The position numbers were made by a program, and so were the translations under genes. DNA of 64,000 bases from Macrostomum hystrix (taxonomy: Eukaryota; Animalia; Platyhelminthes), in contig CATNEN010000029.1 in assembly GCA_950097015.1 (NCBI GenBank), positions 4,030,001-4,094,000 of the forward strand. The letters are read 5' to 3'. The notes beneath the pieces were generated by a model. That model saw only the letters and a list, made by a program, of their open reading frames with translations, was not told where the DNA came from and did not search any database. Within the stretch, counting starts at the first letter, position 1; every line of letters starts with the position of its first letter. Below are positions 25,201 to 37,221 of this stretch, piece by piece.

Positions 25201-28200
25201 ATGATCAAAAGAGTCGCTACCTTCCTAAGCTGATCAGTGGCGAATGGATCGGCGCGCTGGCTATGTCTGAGGCCAACGCTGGCTCTGATGTGGTGTCCAT
25301 GACCCTGCGGGCTGACAAACAGGTAATTCTAGCTCTCCTCCCCATATCTACTCCTCTCCTCCCCATGTCTACTCCTCTCCGCCCCATATCTACTCCTCTC
25401 CGCCCCATGTCTTCTCCTCTACTCCCCATATCTACGCCTCTCCGCCCCATATCTACTCCTCTCCGCCCCATATCTACTCCTCTCCTCCCCATGTCTACTC
25501 CTCTCCGCCCCATATCTACTCCTCTCCGCCCCATATCTACTCCTCTCCTCCCCATGTCTACTCCTCTACTCCCCATGTCTACTCCTCTCCTCCCCATATC
25601 TACTCCTCTTCTCCCTTATCTACGCCTCTCCGCCCCATATCTACTCCTCTCCGCCCCATATCTACTCCTCTCCTCCCCATGTCTACTCCTCTACTCCCCA
25701 TGTCTACTCCTCTCCTCCCCATATCTACTCCTCTTCTCCCTTATCTACGCCTCTCCGCCCCATATCTACTCCTCTCCGCCCCATATCTACTCCTCTCCGC
25801 CCCATATCTACTCCTCTCCGACCCATGTCTACTCCTCTACTCCCCATGTCTACTCCTCTCCTCCCCATATCTACTCCTCTTCTCCCTTATCTACGCCTCT
25901 CCGCCCCATATCTACTCCTCTCCTCCCCATGTCTACTCCTCTCCTCCCCATATCTACTCCTCTCCTCCCCATGTCCGCTCCTCTCCTCCCCATGTCTACT
26001 CCTCTCCTCCCCATGTCCGCTCCTCTCCTCCCCATGTCCGTCTCTCCTCCCGACGTCCGCAGCCAACACTCACTCTCACTTACCTAAAACAATGCTTTCA
26101 GTCGGACGGTTCGTACATACTGAACGGCAGCAAGTTCTGGATCACCAACGGTCCTGACGCAGATCTAATCGTTGTGTACGCAAAGACCAAGCCAGAGGCG
26201 GGCGCTCGCGGCATCACTACATTCCTAGTTGAGCGAACTAGTCCAGGTTTTAGCTGTTCGCGCAAACTGGACAAGCTGGGCATGCGCGGCAGTAACACTG
26301 GCGAGTTGGTGTTTGACAATGTTCGCGTGCCGGCTGATCGAGTTATGGGCAAATTAGACGGCGGAGTCTATGTACTCATGTCTGGCTTGGATATTGAACG
26401 TCTGCTATTGTCGGCGGGTCCTCTGGGTATTATGCAGGCCGCCTGCGATGTGGCATTTCAGTATGCTCACGTGCGCAAAGCTTTCGGCCAGTCTATTGGC
26501 CAATTTCAACTGCTCCAAGGCAAAATGGCCGACATGTACTGCCGGCTGACTAGCGGCCGTTGCTATGTGTACTCAGTTGCTAGGGCTCTGGCTCAGGTTG
26601 GTTAAAGTGCTCTGGTGATCTGTTATATGTGTGTACTAATAACGGCTCTCAAGTTGTAGTCAGGCCCGGTCCTCAAGCTGTAGTCAGGCCCGGTCCTCAA
26701 GCTGTAGTCAGGTCTGGTCCTCAAGCTGTAGTCAGGGCCCGGTCCTCAAGCTGTAGTCAGGGCCTGGTCCTCAAGCTGTAGTCAGGGCCCGGTCCTCAAG
26801 CTGTAGTCAGGCCCGGTCCTCAAGCTGTAGTCAGGGCCCGGTCCTCAAGCTGTACTCAGGCCCGGTCCTCAATCTGTAGTCAGGCCCGGTCCTCAAGCTG
26901 TAGTCAGGCCCGGTCCTCAAGCTGTAGTCAGGCCCGGTCCTCAAGCTGTAGTCAGGGCCCGGTCCTCAAGCTGTACTCAGGCCCGGTCCTCAAGCTGTAG
27001 TCAGGCCCGGTCCTCAAGCTGTAGTCAGTCCGGTCCTCAAGCTGTAGTCAGGTCTGGTCCTCAAGCTGTAGTCAGGGCCCGGTCCTCAAGCTGTACTCAG
27101 GCCCGGTCCTCAAGCTGTAGTCAGGCCCGGTCCTCAAGCTGTAGTCAGGCCCGGTCCTCAAGCTGTAGTCAGGCCCGGTCCTCAAGCTGTAGTCAGGGCC
27201 CGGTCCTCAAGCTGTACTCAGGCCCGGTCCTCAAGCTGTAGTCAGGCCCGGTCCTCAAGTTGTAGTCAGGTCTGGTCCTCAAGCTGTAGTCAGGGCCCGG
27301 TCCTCAAGCTGTAGTCAGGCCCGGTCCTCAAGCTGTAGTCAGGCCCGGTCCTCAAGCTGTAGTCAGGCCCGGTCCTCAAGCAGTAGTCAGGCCCGGTCCT
27401 CAAGCTGTAGTCAGGGCCTGGTCCTCAAGCTGTAGTCAGGGCCCGGTCCTCAAGCTGTAGTCAGGCCCGGTCCTCATGCTGTAGTCAGGGCCCGGTCCTC
27501 AACCTGTAGTCAGTCCCGGTCCTCAAGCTGTAGTCAGTCCGGTCCTCAAGCTGTAGTCAGGTCTGGTCCTCAAGCTGTAGTCAGGGCCCGATCCTCAAGC
27601 TGTAGTCAGGCCCGGTCCTCAAGCTGTAGTCAGGCCCGGTCCTCAAGCTGTAGTCAGGCCCGGTCCTCAAGCTGTAGTCAGGGCCCGGTCCTCAAGCTGT
27701 ACTCAGGCCCGGTCCTCAAGCTGTAGTCAGGCCCGGTCCTCAAGTTGTAGTCAGGTCTGGTCCTCAAGCTGTAGTCAGGGCCCGGTCCTCAAGCTGTAGT
27801 CAGGCCCGGTCCTCAAGCTGTAGTCAGGCCCGGTCCTCAAGCTGTAGTCAGGCCCGGTCCTCAAGCAGTAGTCAGGCCCGGTCCTCAAGCTGTAGTCAGG
27901 GCCTGGTCCTCAAGCTGTAGTCAGGGCCCGGTCCTCAAGCTGTAGTCAGGCCCGGTCCTCATGCTGTAGTCAGGGCCCGGTCCTCAACCTGTAGTCAGTC
28001 CTGGTCCTCAAGCTGTAGTCAGTCCGGTCCTCAAGCTGTAGTCAGGCCCGGTCCTCAAGCTGTAGTCAGGCCCGGTCCTCAAGCTGTAGTCAGGCCCGGT
28101 CCTCAAGCTGTAGTCAGGTCTGGTCCTCAAGCTGTAGTCAGGGCCCGGTCCTCAAGCTGTAGTCAGGCCCGGTCCTCAAGTTGTAGTCAGGTCTGGTCCT

Positions 28201-30037
28201 CAAGCTGTAGTCAGGGCCCGGTCCTCAAGCTGTAGTCAGGCCCGGTCCTCAAGCTGTAGTCAGGCCCGGTCCTCAAGCTGTAGTCAGGCCCGGTCCTCAA
28301 GCAGTAGTCAGGCCCGGTCCTCAAGCTGTAGTCAGGGCCTGGTCCTCAAGCTGTAGTCAGGGCCCGGTCCTCAAGCTGTAGTCAGGCCCGGTCCTCAAGC
28401 TGTAGTCAGGCCCGGTCCTCAAGCTGTAGTCAGGGCCCGGTCCTCAAGCTGTAGTCAGGCCCGGTCCTCAAGCTGTAGTCAGGCCCGGTCCTCAAGCTGT
28501 AGTCAGGCCCGGTCCTCAACCTGTAGTCAGTCCCGGTCCTCAAGCTGTAGTCAGTCCGGTCCTCAAGCTGTAGTCAGGTCTGGTCCTCAAGCTGTAGTCA
28601 GGGCCCGGTCCTCAAGCTGTAGTCAGGCCCGGTCCTCAAGCTGTAGTCAGGCCCGGTCCTCAAGCTGTAGTCAGGGCCCGGTCCTCAACCTGTAGTCAGG
28701 CCCGGTCCTCAAGCTGTAGTCAGGTCTGGTCCTCAAGCTGTAGTCAGGGCCCGGTCCTCAAGCTGTAGTCAGGCCCGGTCCTCAAGCTGTAGTCAGGCCC
28801 GGTCCTCAAGCTGTAGTCAGGGCCCGGTCCTCAAGCTGTAGTCAGGCCCGGTCCTCAAGCTGTAGTCAGGCCCGGTCCTCAAGCTGTAGTCAGGGCCTGG
28901 TCCTCAAGCTGTAGTCAGGGCCCGGTCCTCAAGCTGTAGTCAGGCCCGGTCCTCAAGCTGTAGTCAGGCCCGGTCCTCAAGCTGTAGTCAGGGCCCGGTC
29001 CTCAAGCTGTAGTCAGGCCCGGTCCTCAAGCTGTAGTCAGGCCCGGTCCTCAAGCTGTAGTCAGGCCCGGTCCTCAACCTGTAGTCAGTCCCGGTCCTCA
29101 AGCTGTAGTCAGTCCGGTCCTCAAGCTGTAGTCAGGTCTGGTCCTCAAGCTGTAGTCAGGGCCCGGTCCTCAAGCTGTAGTCAGGCCCGGTCCTCAAGCT
29201 GTAGTCAGGCCCGGTCCTCAAGCTGTAGTCAGGGCCCGGTCCTCAACCTGTAGTCAGGCCCGGTCCTCAAGCTGTAGTCAGGTCTGGTCCTCAAGCTGTA
29301 GTCAGGGCCCGGTCCTCAAGCTGTAGTCAGGCCCGGTCCTCAAGCTGTAGTCAGGCCCGGTCCTCAAGCTGTAGTCAGGGCCCGGTCCTCAAGCTGTAGT
29401 CAGGCCCGGTCCTCAAGCTGTAGTCAGGCCCGGTCCTCAAGCTGTAGTCAGTCCCGGTCCTCAAGCTGTAGTCAGGGCCCGGTCCTCAAGCTGTACTCAG
29501 GCCCGGTCCTCAAGCTGTAGTCAGGCCCGGTCCTCAAGCTGTAGTCAGTCCCGGTCCTCAAGCTGTAGTCAGTCCGGTCCTCAAGCTGTAGTCAGGCCCG
29601 GTCCTCAAGCTGTAGTCAGGCCCGGTCCTCAACCTGTAGTCAGGCTCGGTCCTCAAGCTGTAGTAAGCGACCGTTTTTCTGAAGCGTGTTTCGTTAATTT
29701 ATTTTTTTATAACATATTTCAATGGGGTTCTATTTCTCCTACAGTTTCTTAATTATTTAAAATCGCACCCCTGTCCTGAACTCCTGCCTTTTCTCTGCCT
29801 CATGCCCAGGGCTCGCGCCAGCCAATGGACTGCGCTGGAGTGATTTTAAAGTGCGCTGAGGACGCCACCCAATCAACGTTAGACGCCATTCAAATCCTAG
29901 GCGGCAATGGCTACATCAACGAATACCCGGCAGGTCGTCTCTTACGCGACGCTAAGCTCTACGAGATTGGCGCCGGGACGTCCGAAGTTCGACGCCTGGT
30001 CATTGGTCGGGCAATTAACAATATGTACAAATCTTAA
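22232..30037 (+). CDS. IVD: Isovaleryl-CoA dehydrogenase (mitochondrial acyl-CoA dehydrogenase), 6 exons, ~438 aa
   Basis: Exons 22232-22420, 24320-24409, 24507-24558, 25060-25322, 26102-26596 and 29810-30037 are phase-consistent. Motifs include [58 protein letters not shown] and [19 protein letters not shown]. The N-terminus resembles a mitochondrial presequence. Confidence 0.95.
22903..24204 (-). mobile_element. Full-length (1302 bp) mariner DNA transposon in IVD intron 1
   Basis: ~32-bp TIRs (tgagggttgttcggaaagtttgcggacaaact / agtttgtccacgaactttccaaacaaccctcg), TA on both sides and an internal transposase remnant. Confidence 0.95.
22971..24021 (-). pseudogene. Mariner transposase pseudogene
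   Basis: [12 protein letters not shown]..., [26 protein letters not shown] and the C-terminal [17 protein letters not shown] are spread over several frames. There are internal stops and frameshifts, and the first catalytic DETW region appears damaged. Confidence 0.93.
24650..25020. repeat. 44-bp minisatellite in IVD intron 3
   Basis: Unit agacagtcatccactggttagagctggttaagcagtggctcagt, with an internal ccactg/cagtgg inverted pair. Confidence 0.94.
25332..26050. repeat. 21-bp minisatellite in IVD intron 4 (ctactcctctcctccccatat)
   Basis: Tandem units filling almost the whole intron. Confidence 0.94.
26646..29665. repeat. 24/25-bp minisatellite in IVD intron 5 (tcaagctgtagtcaggcccggtcc)
   Basis: About 3 kb of tandem units. 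Confidence 0.97.
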
Positions 30038-30600
30038 AGTAGTAATTTAGTTTGTCTCTCCACAGTTGAACTGGCGCTTCGGATAATGTTTGAATATTTT
30101 TTTTCATTTATGATTTGTAGTTAATTTGTACTTGCCTCAAGATTAAGTTGTGGTTTTATGGATTTAATATTGAAATTACCTGAGCATTACAATTGCATAC
30201 CTGTTATGCTGTTATGCTAACTAACTATAAGTCATTTAGCATAGGTAAATAGTTCTTAGAAAGGCTGTCATATTTTTTTCCATTTCAATTTTCACTTTTA
30301 AATCGTTCCTTCGTTGTTTGCTCTCAATTCCATTCTGAATTCATATTTAAAGAAATTGTGAAATTTTCTCCTTTGATTTAACAACAGGAACGATGGTTTT
30401 TGCACACATGTCACTGAGCAAGTTTGTCTTCTAACTTTTTCTCAATTCTGCAAGAATTTTTATTTTATATATAATATTCGTATGTGTCTACTTGCAACAG
30501 TAAAAATGCCTAGTAGTTAAAAATCTACTAAAAACGTCTAAAAACTAACTAAACAATTGTTCCAGTCATAATATAAACTCCCTGTCCAATCTGATGCAAA

Positions 30601-33600
30601 ATGTCTGCATCAAAGCAGCAACAGCAGCAGCAGCAGCCTTCAGGAGCCGCTATGGCAACTACAGTTGAAGAAGAAGAGGCCAAAGTAGGCAGCTACGTTG
30701 TTGGCAGCTTTCCCGTCCAGTATACCTACGATCACAGCCAGGTAGGCGCGTTGGCAACTCAGGTGGAATCTTGTAGGTTCAGGTGGGATCTTGTAGGTTC
30801 AGGTGGAATCTTGTAGTTTCAGATGGGATCTTGTAGGTTCAGGTGGGATCTTGTGTAGGTTCAGATGGGATCTTGTAGATTCAGATGGGATCTTGTAGAT
30901 TCAGATGGAACTTGTAGGTTCAGATGGGATCTTGTAGGTTCAGATGGGATCTTGTAGGTTCAGGTGGAATCTTGTAGGTTCAGGTGGGATCTTGTAGGTT
31001 CAGATGGGAACTTGTAGGTTCAGATGGGATCTTGTAGGTTCAGGTGGGATCTTGTGTAGGTTCAGATGGGATCTTGTAGGTTCAGATGGGATCTTGTAGG
31101 TTCAGATGGGATCTTGTAGATTCAGATGGGATCTTGTAGATTCAGATGGAATCTTGTAGGTTCAGATGGGATCTTGTAGATTCAGGTGGAATCTTGTAGG
31201 TTCAGATGGGATCTTGTAGATTCAGGTGGGATCTTGTAGATTCAGGTGGAATCTTGTAGGTTCAGGTGGGATCTTGTAGGTTCAGATGGGATCTTGTAGA
31301 TTCAGATGGGATCTTGTAGATTCAGATGGGATCTTGTAGATTCAGATGGAACTTGTAGGTTCAGATGGGATCTTGTAGGTTCAGATGGGATCTTGTAGGT
31401 TCAGATGGGAACTTGTAGGTTCAGGTGGGATCTTGTTGGTTCAGGTGGGATCTTGTAGGTTCAGGTGGGATCTTGTAGATTCAGGTGGGATCTTGTAGGT
31501 TCAGGTGGGATCTTGTAGGTTCAGATAGGATCTTGTAGGTTCAGGTGGGATCTTGTAGATTCAGGTGGAATCTTGTAGGTTTAAATGGGATCTTAAGGTT
31601 TAGGTGGGATCTTGTAGGTTTAGATGGGATCTTGTTTTAGGTTCAGATGGGATCTTGTAGGTTCAGATGGGATCCTGTTAGTTCCTAAAGGTTAGGATGG
31701 GATCTTTAGGGTCTTTCAGGACCATCAGGAAATCGAGATTAGATTAGCATTAATTATTTTATAAATATAACCTGTACTTGAATGAGAACCTGTAGTCTTA
31801 CTGCTCGTGCCGTGATTTACCCAAGGTTGTCGGCGCCTCTGTCAATGGCGTTGGTGCTGCCGAAATTTCTACAGGGATTGGCGGCCGCGGCAGCAGCGGC
31901 ACAGGTGCGTCAGCCCCAGCTGGACCTGCGGAGGAGAAGCCGCGTATTCTAGTCATGGGCATGCGGCGCAGCGGCAAATCGTCCATACAGAAGGTTGTAT
32001 TTCACAAGATGAGCCCCAACGAGACCCTCTTCCTCGAGAGCACTTGCAAGATTCAAAAGGATGGTGAGGCTGCAGTCACTTTTATGTAAAGTTCCATTCA
32101 GGACCTCCCGACCTTCTGGTCCTTCAGATCCTCTCGTCTATCGAACCTTCAGATCCTCTCGTCTATAGATCCTTCAGATCCTCTCGTCTATAGATCCTTC
32201 AGATCCTCTCGTCTATAGATCCTTCAGATCCTCTCGTCTATAGATCCTTCAGATCCTCTCGTCTTTAGATCGTTCAGATCTGAGTATAGGTCTTCATTTC
32301 TTTCTAATTTCTCCTACTTTTGCGGAACCTCACACAATGCTTGCAGATGTGTCCGACTGTTCGTTTATTCAGTTCTCAGTGTGGGATGTACCCGGTCACG
32401 TAGACTATATGAATGACATCTTTGATCCCAATGATACATTCTCAAACACCGGCGCTATTGTGTTCGTTATCGACGCCCAAGACGACTATATTGAGGCCAT
32501 CGATCGATTAAAAGTGCTTATCAGCGGCGCCTATAGCGTTAATCCGCGAATTAAATTTGAAGTCTTCATACACAAAGTTGACGGACTTACTGACGAACAG
32601 AAAATTGAAACTCAGTGCGACATTACTCAGCGGGCCAATGATGTACTTATTGACATTGGCAACGGTAGGTTTGGGCTTGCTGAGAACCATCGAACAGTTA
32701 TACTCACCCTGTTCCTTTAGAAACTGATCCAACTCGACCTACTGGACTGCCCTACTCAACCTACTTGACTGGCCCAACTCGACCTACTGGACTGCCCTAC
32801 TCAACCTACTTGACTGGCCCAACTCGACCTACTGGACTGCCCTACTCCACCTACTTGACTTACCCAACTTGTCCTACTGGACTGACCCTACTCGACCTAC
32901 TGGACTGACCCTACTCCACCTACTTGACTGACTCTACTCGACCTACTTGACTGACCCTACTCCACCTACTTGACTGACTCTACTCGACCTACTGGACTGG
33001 CCCTACTCAACCTACTTGGCTGAACCTACTCCACCTACTTGACTTACCCAACTTGTCCTACTGGACTGACCCTACTCGACCTACTGGACTGCCCTACTCA
33101 ACCTACTTGACTGAACCTACTCCACCTACTTGACTTACCCAACTTGTCCTACTGGACTGACCCTACTCGACCTACTGGACTGACCCTACTCCACCTACTT
33201 GACTGACTCTACTCGACCTACTTGACTGACCCTACTCCACCTACTTGACTGACTCTACTCGACCTACTGGACTGGCCCTACTCAACCTACTTGACTGAAC
33301 CTACTCCACCTACTTGACTTACCCAACTTGTCCTACTGGACTGACCCTACTCGACCTACTGGACTGCCCTACTCAACCTACTTGACTGAACCTACTCCAC
33401 CTACTTGACTTACCCAACTTGTCCTACTGGACTGACCCTACTCGACCTACTGGACTGACCCTACTCCACCTACTTGACTGACTCTACTCGACCTACTTGA
33501 CTGACCCTACTCCACCTACTTGACTGACTCTACTCGACCTACTGGACTGGCCCTACTCAACCTACTTGACTGAACCTACTCCACCTACTTGACTTACCCA

Positions 33601-36177
33601 ACTTGTCCTACTGGACTGACCCTACTCGACCTACTTGACTGACTCTACTCGACCTACTTGACTGACCCTACTCGACCTACTGGACTGACCCTACTCGACC
33701 TACTGGACTGACCCTACTCGACCTACTGGACTGACCCTACTCGGCCTACTTGACTGACTCTACTCGACCTACTGGACTGGCCCTACTCAACCTACTTGAC
33801 TGACCCAACTTTGACCCAAACTCTCAGTGACTGACCCAAATTAGTGAAAAATTTTAATGAAGCTGTCTACCGTGAAGAATACTTATGTTATAAAACGATT
33901 CAGGCAACGAGGTGATCAACATTCACTATCACCTGACAACTATTTACGATCATTCGATATTCGAAGCGTTCAGCAAAGTGGTGCAGAAGCTAATTTCGCA
34001 AATGGGCGCATTTGAAAGTCTGCTAAATATATTTTGCAACGTGAGTTAAAGCAAACTTTCTATCTGCTGTTTAAAAAAGAACGAGTTTGACTTTCAAGAT
34101 CCACTACCGCTTGCAGAATTCCGGATTAGAAAAGGCTTTCCTATTCGACATAGCAACCAAGATTTACATAGCAACAGATCCGTCGCCAGTGGACATGCAG
34201 GTTTACGAACTCTGCTGCGACATGATCGACTTGGTGGTGGACGTTGGCGCCATCTACTCTGACGGGTTGGTGCATGGGTCTTTGTCTTTTGTTGGATAAG
34301 CTATTCCTTGGCTATAGAATGTTTTTGGGAAGGCATCTATCCCTTTTTGCTACATTGGGGATTATTTGGGAAGGCATCTATCCCTTTTTGCTACATTGGG
34401 GATTATTTGGGAAGGCATCTATCCCTTTTTGCTACATTGGGGATTATTTGGGAAGGCATCTATCCCTTTTTGCTACATTGGGGATTATTTGGGAAGGCAT
34501 CTATCCCTTTTTGCTACATTGGGGATTATTTGGGAAGGCATCTATCCCTTTTTGCTACATTGGGGATTATTTGGGAACGCATCTATCCCTTTTTGCTACA
34601 TTGGGGATTATTTGGGAAGGCATCTATCCCTTTTTGCTACATTGGGGATTATTTGGGAAGGCATCTATCCCTTTTTGCTACATTGGGGATTATTTGGGAA
34701 GGCATCTATCCCTTTTTGCTACATTGGGGATTATTTGGGAAGGCATCTATCCCTTTTTGCTACATTGGGGATTATTTGGGAAGGCATCTATCCCTTTTTG
34801 CTACATTGGGGATTATTTGGGAAGGCATCTATCCCTTCTGGTAGGGGGTGAGTGGGTCAGCGGCTAATCTCGCTGCCTCACTTTCCAATGGTCGCTGGTT
34901 CGTTCCTCCCTCCAAGTCACGATTATTTCGGGGCTTAGTTGGAGGTCTGCGAAGTAGTGACTTGCGGAGATGCACCTTATTCTGTGCAACCAAAGCTAAT
35001 TTAAATAGCTTAACCCCTGCCTTCTGCATGCCTGCTTGTTTGTGTTGGTTTGTGCGTTGGGCCGGGTGTGAGGCGTTGTATGGGGGGTGGGCGGGTGTGC
35101 ACCAGCCTTGCGTGCTCTGAGCGGCGAGGTTTCACCAGCCGTCTGCGCGCGTGGCTTGGTCCAGTCGTCCCTACCCTTCAGGCATCTAAGTCCTCCCCTG
35201 GTTTGGTCAGCTCTGTGCGTATGCGGGCCTGGGGTGAGAGGCAGTCCGGCAGCCGCCCCCTTCCGCGCTTGGCTTGCGGCTGTGTGTGAGGTGCCTGAGT
35301 CCAGGGGTCAAGATGGCGCGATGGGCGACTCCCGCCTAGTTCGCCGGCCTGGGGGCATGCCGTTACTGCGCTTGTGCATCAAGTGCCCCAGGCCCCTGTA
35401 ATTAAGTAAAAAAATACCTTCTGGTAGGGATTATTTGGGAAGGCATCTATCCCTTTTGGTGGGGATTATTTGGGAAGGCATCTATCCCTAATGGTTAGGA
35501 TTATTTGGGAAGGCATCTATCCCTTATGGTTGGGATTATTTTGTGAAGGCATCTATCCCTAATGGTTGGGATTATTTGGGAAGGCATCTATCCCTTATGG
35601 TTGGGATTTTTTGGGAAGGCATCTATCCCTAATGGTTGGGATTATTTGGGAAGGCATCTATCCCTTATGGTGGGGATTATTTGTGAAGGCATCTATCCCT
35701 TTTGTTGGGGATTATTAGGGAAGGAGTATATCCCTTGTGGTGAGGATTTTTTGAGAAAGTACTATCCCTCTTTTTAGGGATTTTTGGGAAGGCATCAATC
35801 CATTTTTACTAGGAATTATTCGCAAATTTTCTCTGGCCTCTAAAACGATTTCGCCGCAACCAATCAGAGCCGAGCTTGCAGACGAATCCTCGGGCTTCAG
35901 CGAGGACACGGCCGCCTCGATCCGTCTGGACAACTGCACGGTGCTGCTGCTTCGCGGAGTGGATCGCCGCCTGGCCCTGGTGTGCGTGCTGCGCGAGGAG
36001 GGCATGGACAGGCAAGGCATTATCGAGTACAACTTTCAGCGGGTTCGGCACGGCCTGCAGCGGGTTCTCAGCCTGCGCCAGGCGGCTGCCAGCCCTGGTG
36101 GCCCGCAGCAGCTGCAGGGCGTGCTGAAGAGCATCGAGGCCCCTCTGGCTGGCCGGCAGCAGGGCGCCAAGGCTTGA
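30601..36177 (+). CDS. RRAGC: Rag GTPase RagC/RagD (Gtr2 family), 6 exons, ~430 aa
   Basis: Exons 30601-30741, 31826-32063, 32347-32664, 33904-34040, 34117-34265 and 35868-36177 are phase-consistent. Motifs include [68 protein letters not shown] and a C-terminal roadblock-type domain ([17 protein letters not shown]). Confidence 0.95.
30760..31700. repeat. 20-bp minisatellite in RagC intron 1 (gggatcttgtaggttcagat)
   Basis: Tandem units starting ~20 bp after the donor. Confidence 0.95.
32120..32282. repeat. 25-bp minisatellite in RagC intron 2 (cttcagatcctctcgtctatagatc)
   Basis: About 6 tandem units. Confidence 0.9.
32728..33810. repeat. 23-bp minisatellite in RagC intron 3 (ctactcgacctactggactgacc)
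   Basis: Tandem variant units. Confidence 0.93.
34322..35800. repeat. Minisatellite in RagC intron 5, split by a SINE; 41-bp units on the left, ~35-37-bp units on the right
   Basis: The core ggattatttgggaaggcatctatccc occurs on both sides of the insertion. Confidence 0.93.
34847..35416 (+). mobile_element. tRNA-headed SINE-like retroposon (~570 bp) with a 13-bp target-site duplication
   Basis: TSD ccttctggtaggg at 34834-34846 and 35417-35429. The 5' head has box A-like tgggtcagcgg and box B-like ggttcgttcc. There is a 3' hairpin (ggcctgggggcat...gtgccccaggcc) and an A-rich tail taattaagtaaaaaaata. Confidence 0.8.
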
Positions 36178-36274
36178 CTTGACAATTCGATCAACTGCCT
36201 GCCTGTTAGATCTGGGTTGTTCTGTTGCTAGTGTTGGACCCTAGGATCAAATTCCACTGGTCTTCACCCTGAAC

Positions 36275-36742
36275 CTCTTACTGATTTTTCACTGATCCTG
36301 ACCTGATACTCCACTGATCCTCCCCTGGTCCTCCGCTGATCCCCCCTGATCCTCCCGCTGATCCTCCTCCTGATCCTCTCCCTGATCCTCTCCCTGATCC
36401 TCCTCCTGATCCTCCCCCTCATCCTCCCCCTGATCCTCCCTGATCCACCCCTGATCCTCTCCCTGATCCTCCTCCTGATCCTCCTCCTGATCCTCCCCCT
36501 CATCCTCCCCCTGATCCTCCCTGATCCACCCCTGATCCTCTCCCTGATCCTCTCCCTGATCCTCCTCCTGATCCTCCCCCTCATCCCCCCTGATCCCCCT
36601 GATCCTCCCCTGATCCTCCCCTGATAGTCCACTGATCCTCCCCTTATCCTCCCCTAATCCCCCTTATCCTCCCCTAGTCCTCGCCTGATCTTCAACTGAT
36701 CCTCCCCCCTAATCCTGCCCTAATCCTCCTCTGATTCCCCAC
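36275..36742. repeat. Pyrimidine-rich ~12-bp module array (ctgatcctcccc) downstream of the RagC stop
   Basis: Degenerate tandem modules ~100 bp after TGA. Confidence 0.88.
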
Positions 36743-37221
36743 TGCTGTAGCTATCTAAAAATTCCTGCATTAGTTTTTTAGTCTTCGCTTTTTAACTGTC
36801 TTAAAAAATAAGTCATCATTTATTTTTTTTCCTATTTTTTTAAGTCATGTTTTGGTCACTTTAACCTAAATTTAATCACCCGCTTTTCTTGTACTGAACT
36901 AGACAGTTTTTTAATTGTTTTTAAAGAACGTTTGTGTTTTCTATGTCTTTAACTGTTTGTCAGCTTGGCTTTTTATTAGATTTTCTCTAACAAAAGACAA
37001 TGTTTGGGTGCTAGAATCTGACTTCTGTGTACATTAGCATCAAAAAAATTATTTTTTATAAGTACACATGCGTACGCCAGTTTGCCCTGTGATTGTTGTA
37101 CACAGCCCTTTGTATTCAATGCGAGGCTGAGTTATGCGTACAAAATTGTGCGTTTCATTTCATTGTTCTTATTGCAATATAAAGCAGAATTCTCAATTAA
37201 AATTACAATTCCACATTTCTG

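Noticed and set aside
25053-26605. ORFs fusing IVD sequence to STPLLP repeats
   Set aside because: A canonical GT-AG intron (25323-26101) removes the repeat and restores the conserved IVD frame.
34847-35416. 7SL RNA, HDV or hammerhead ribozyme identity for the insert
   Set aside because: There is only a brief GCCGGG resemblance to 7SL and no conserved catalytic core that I could map.
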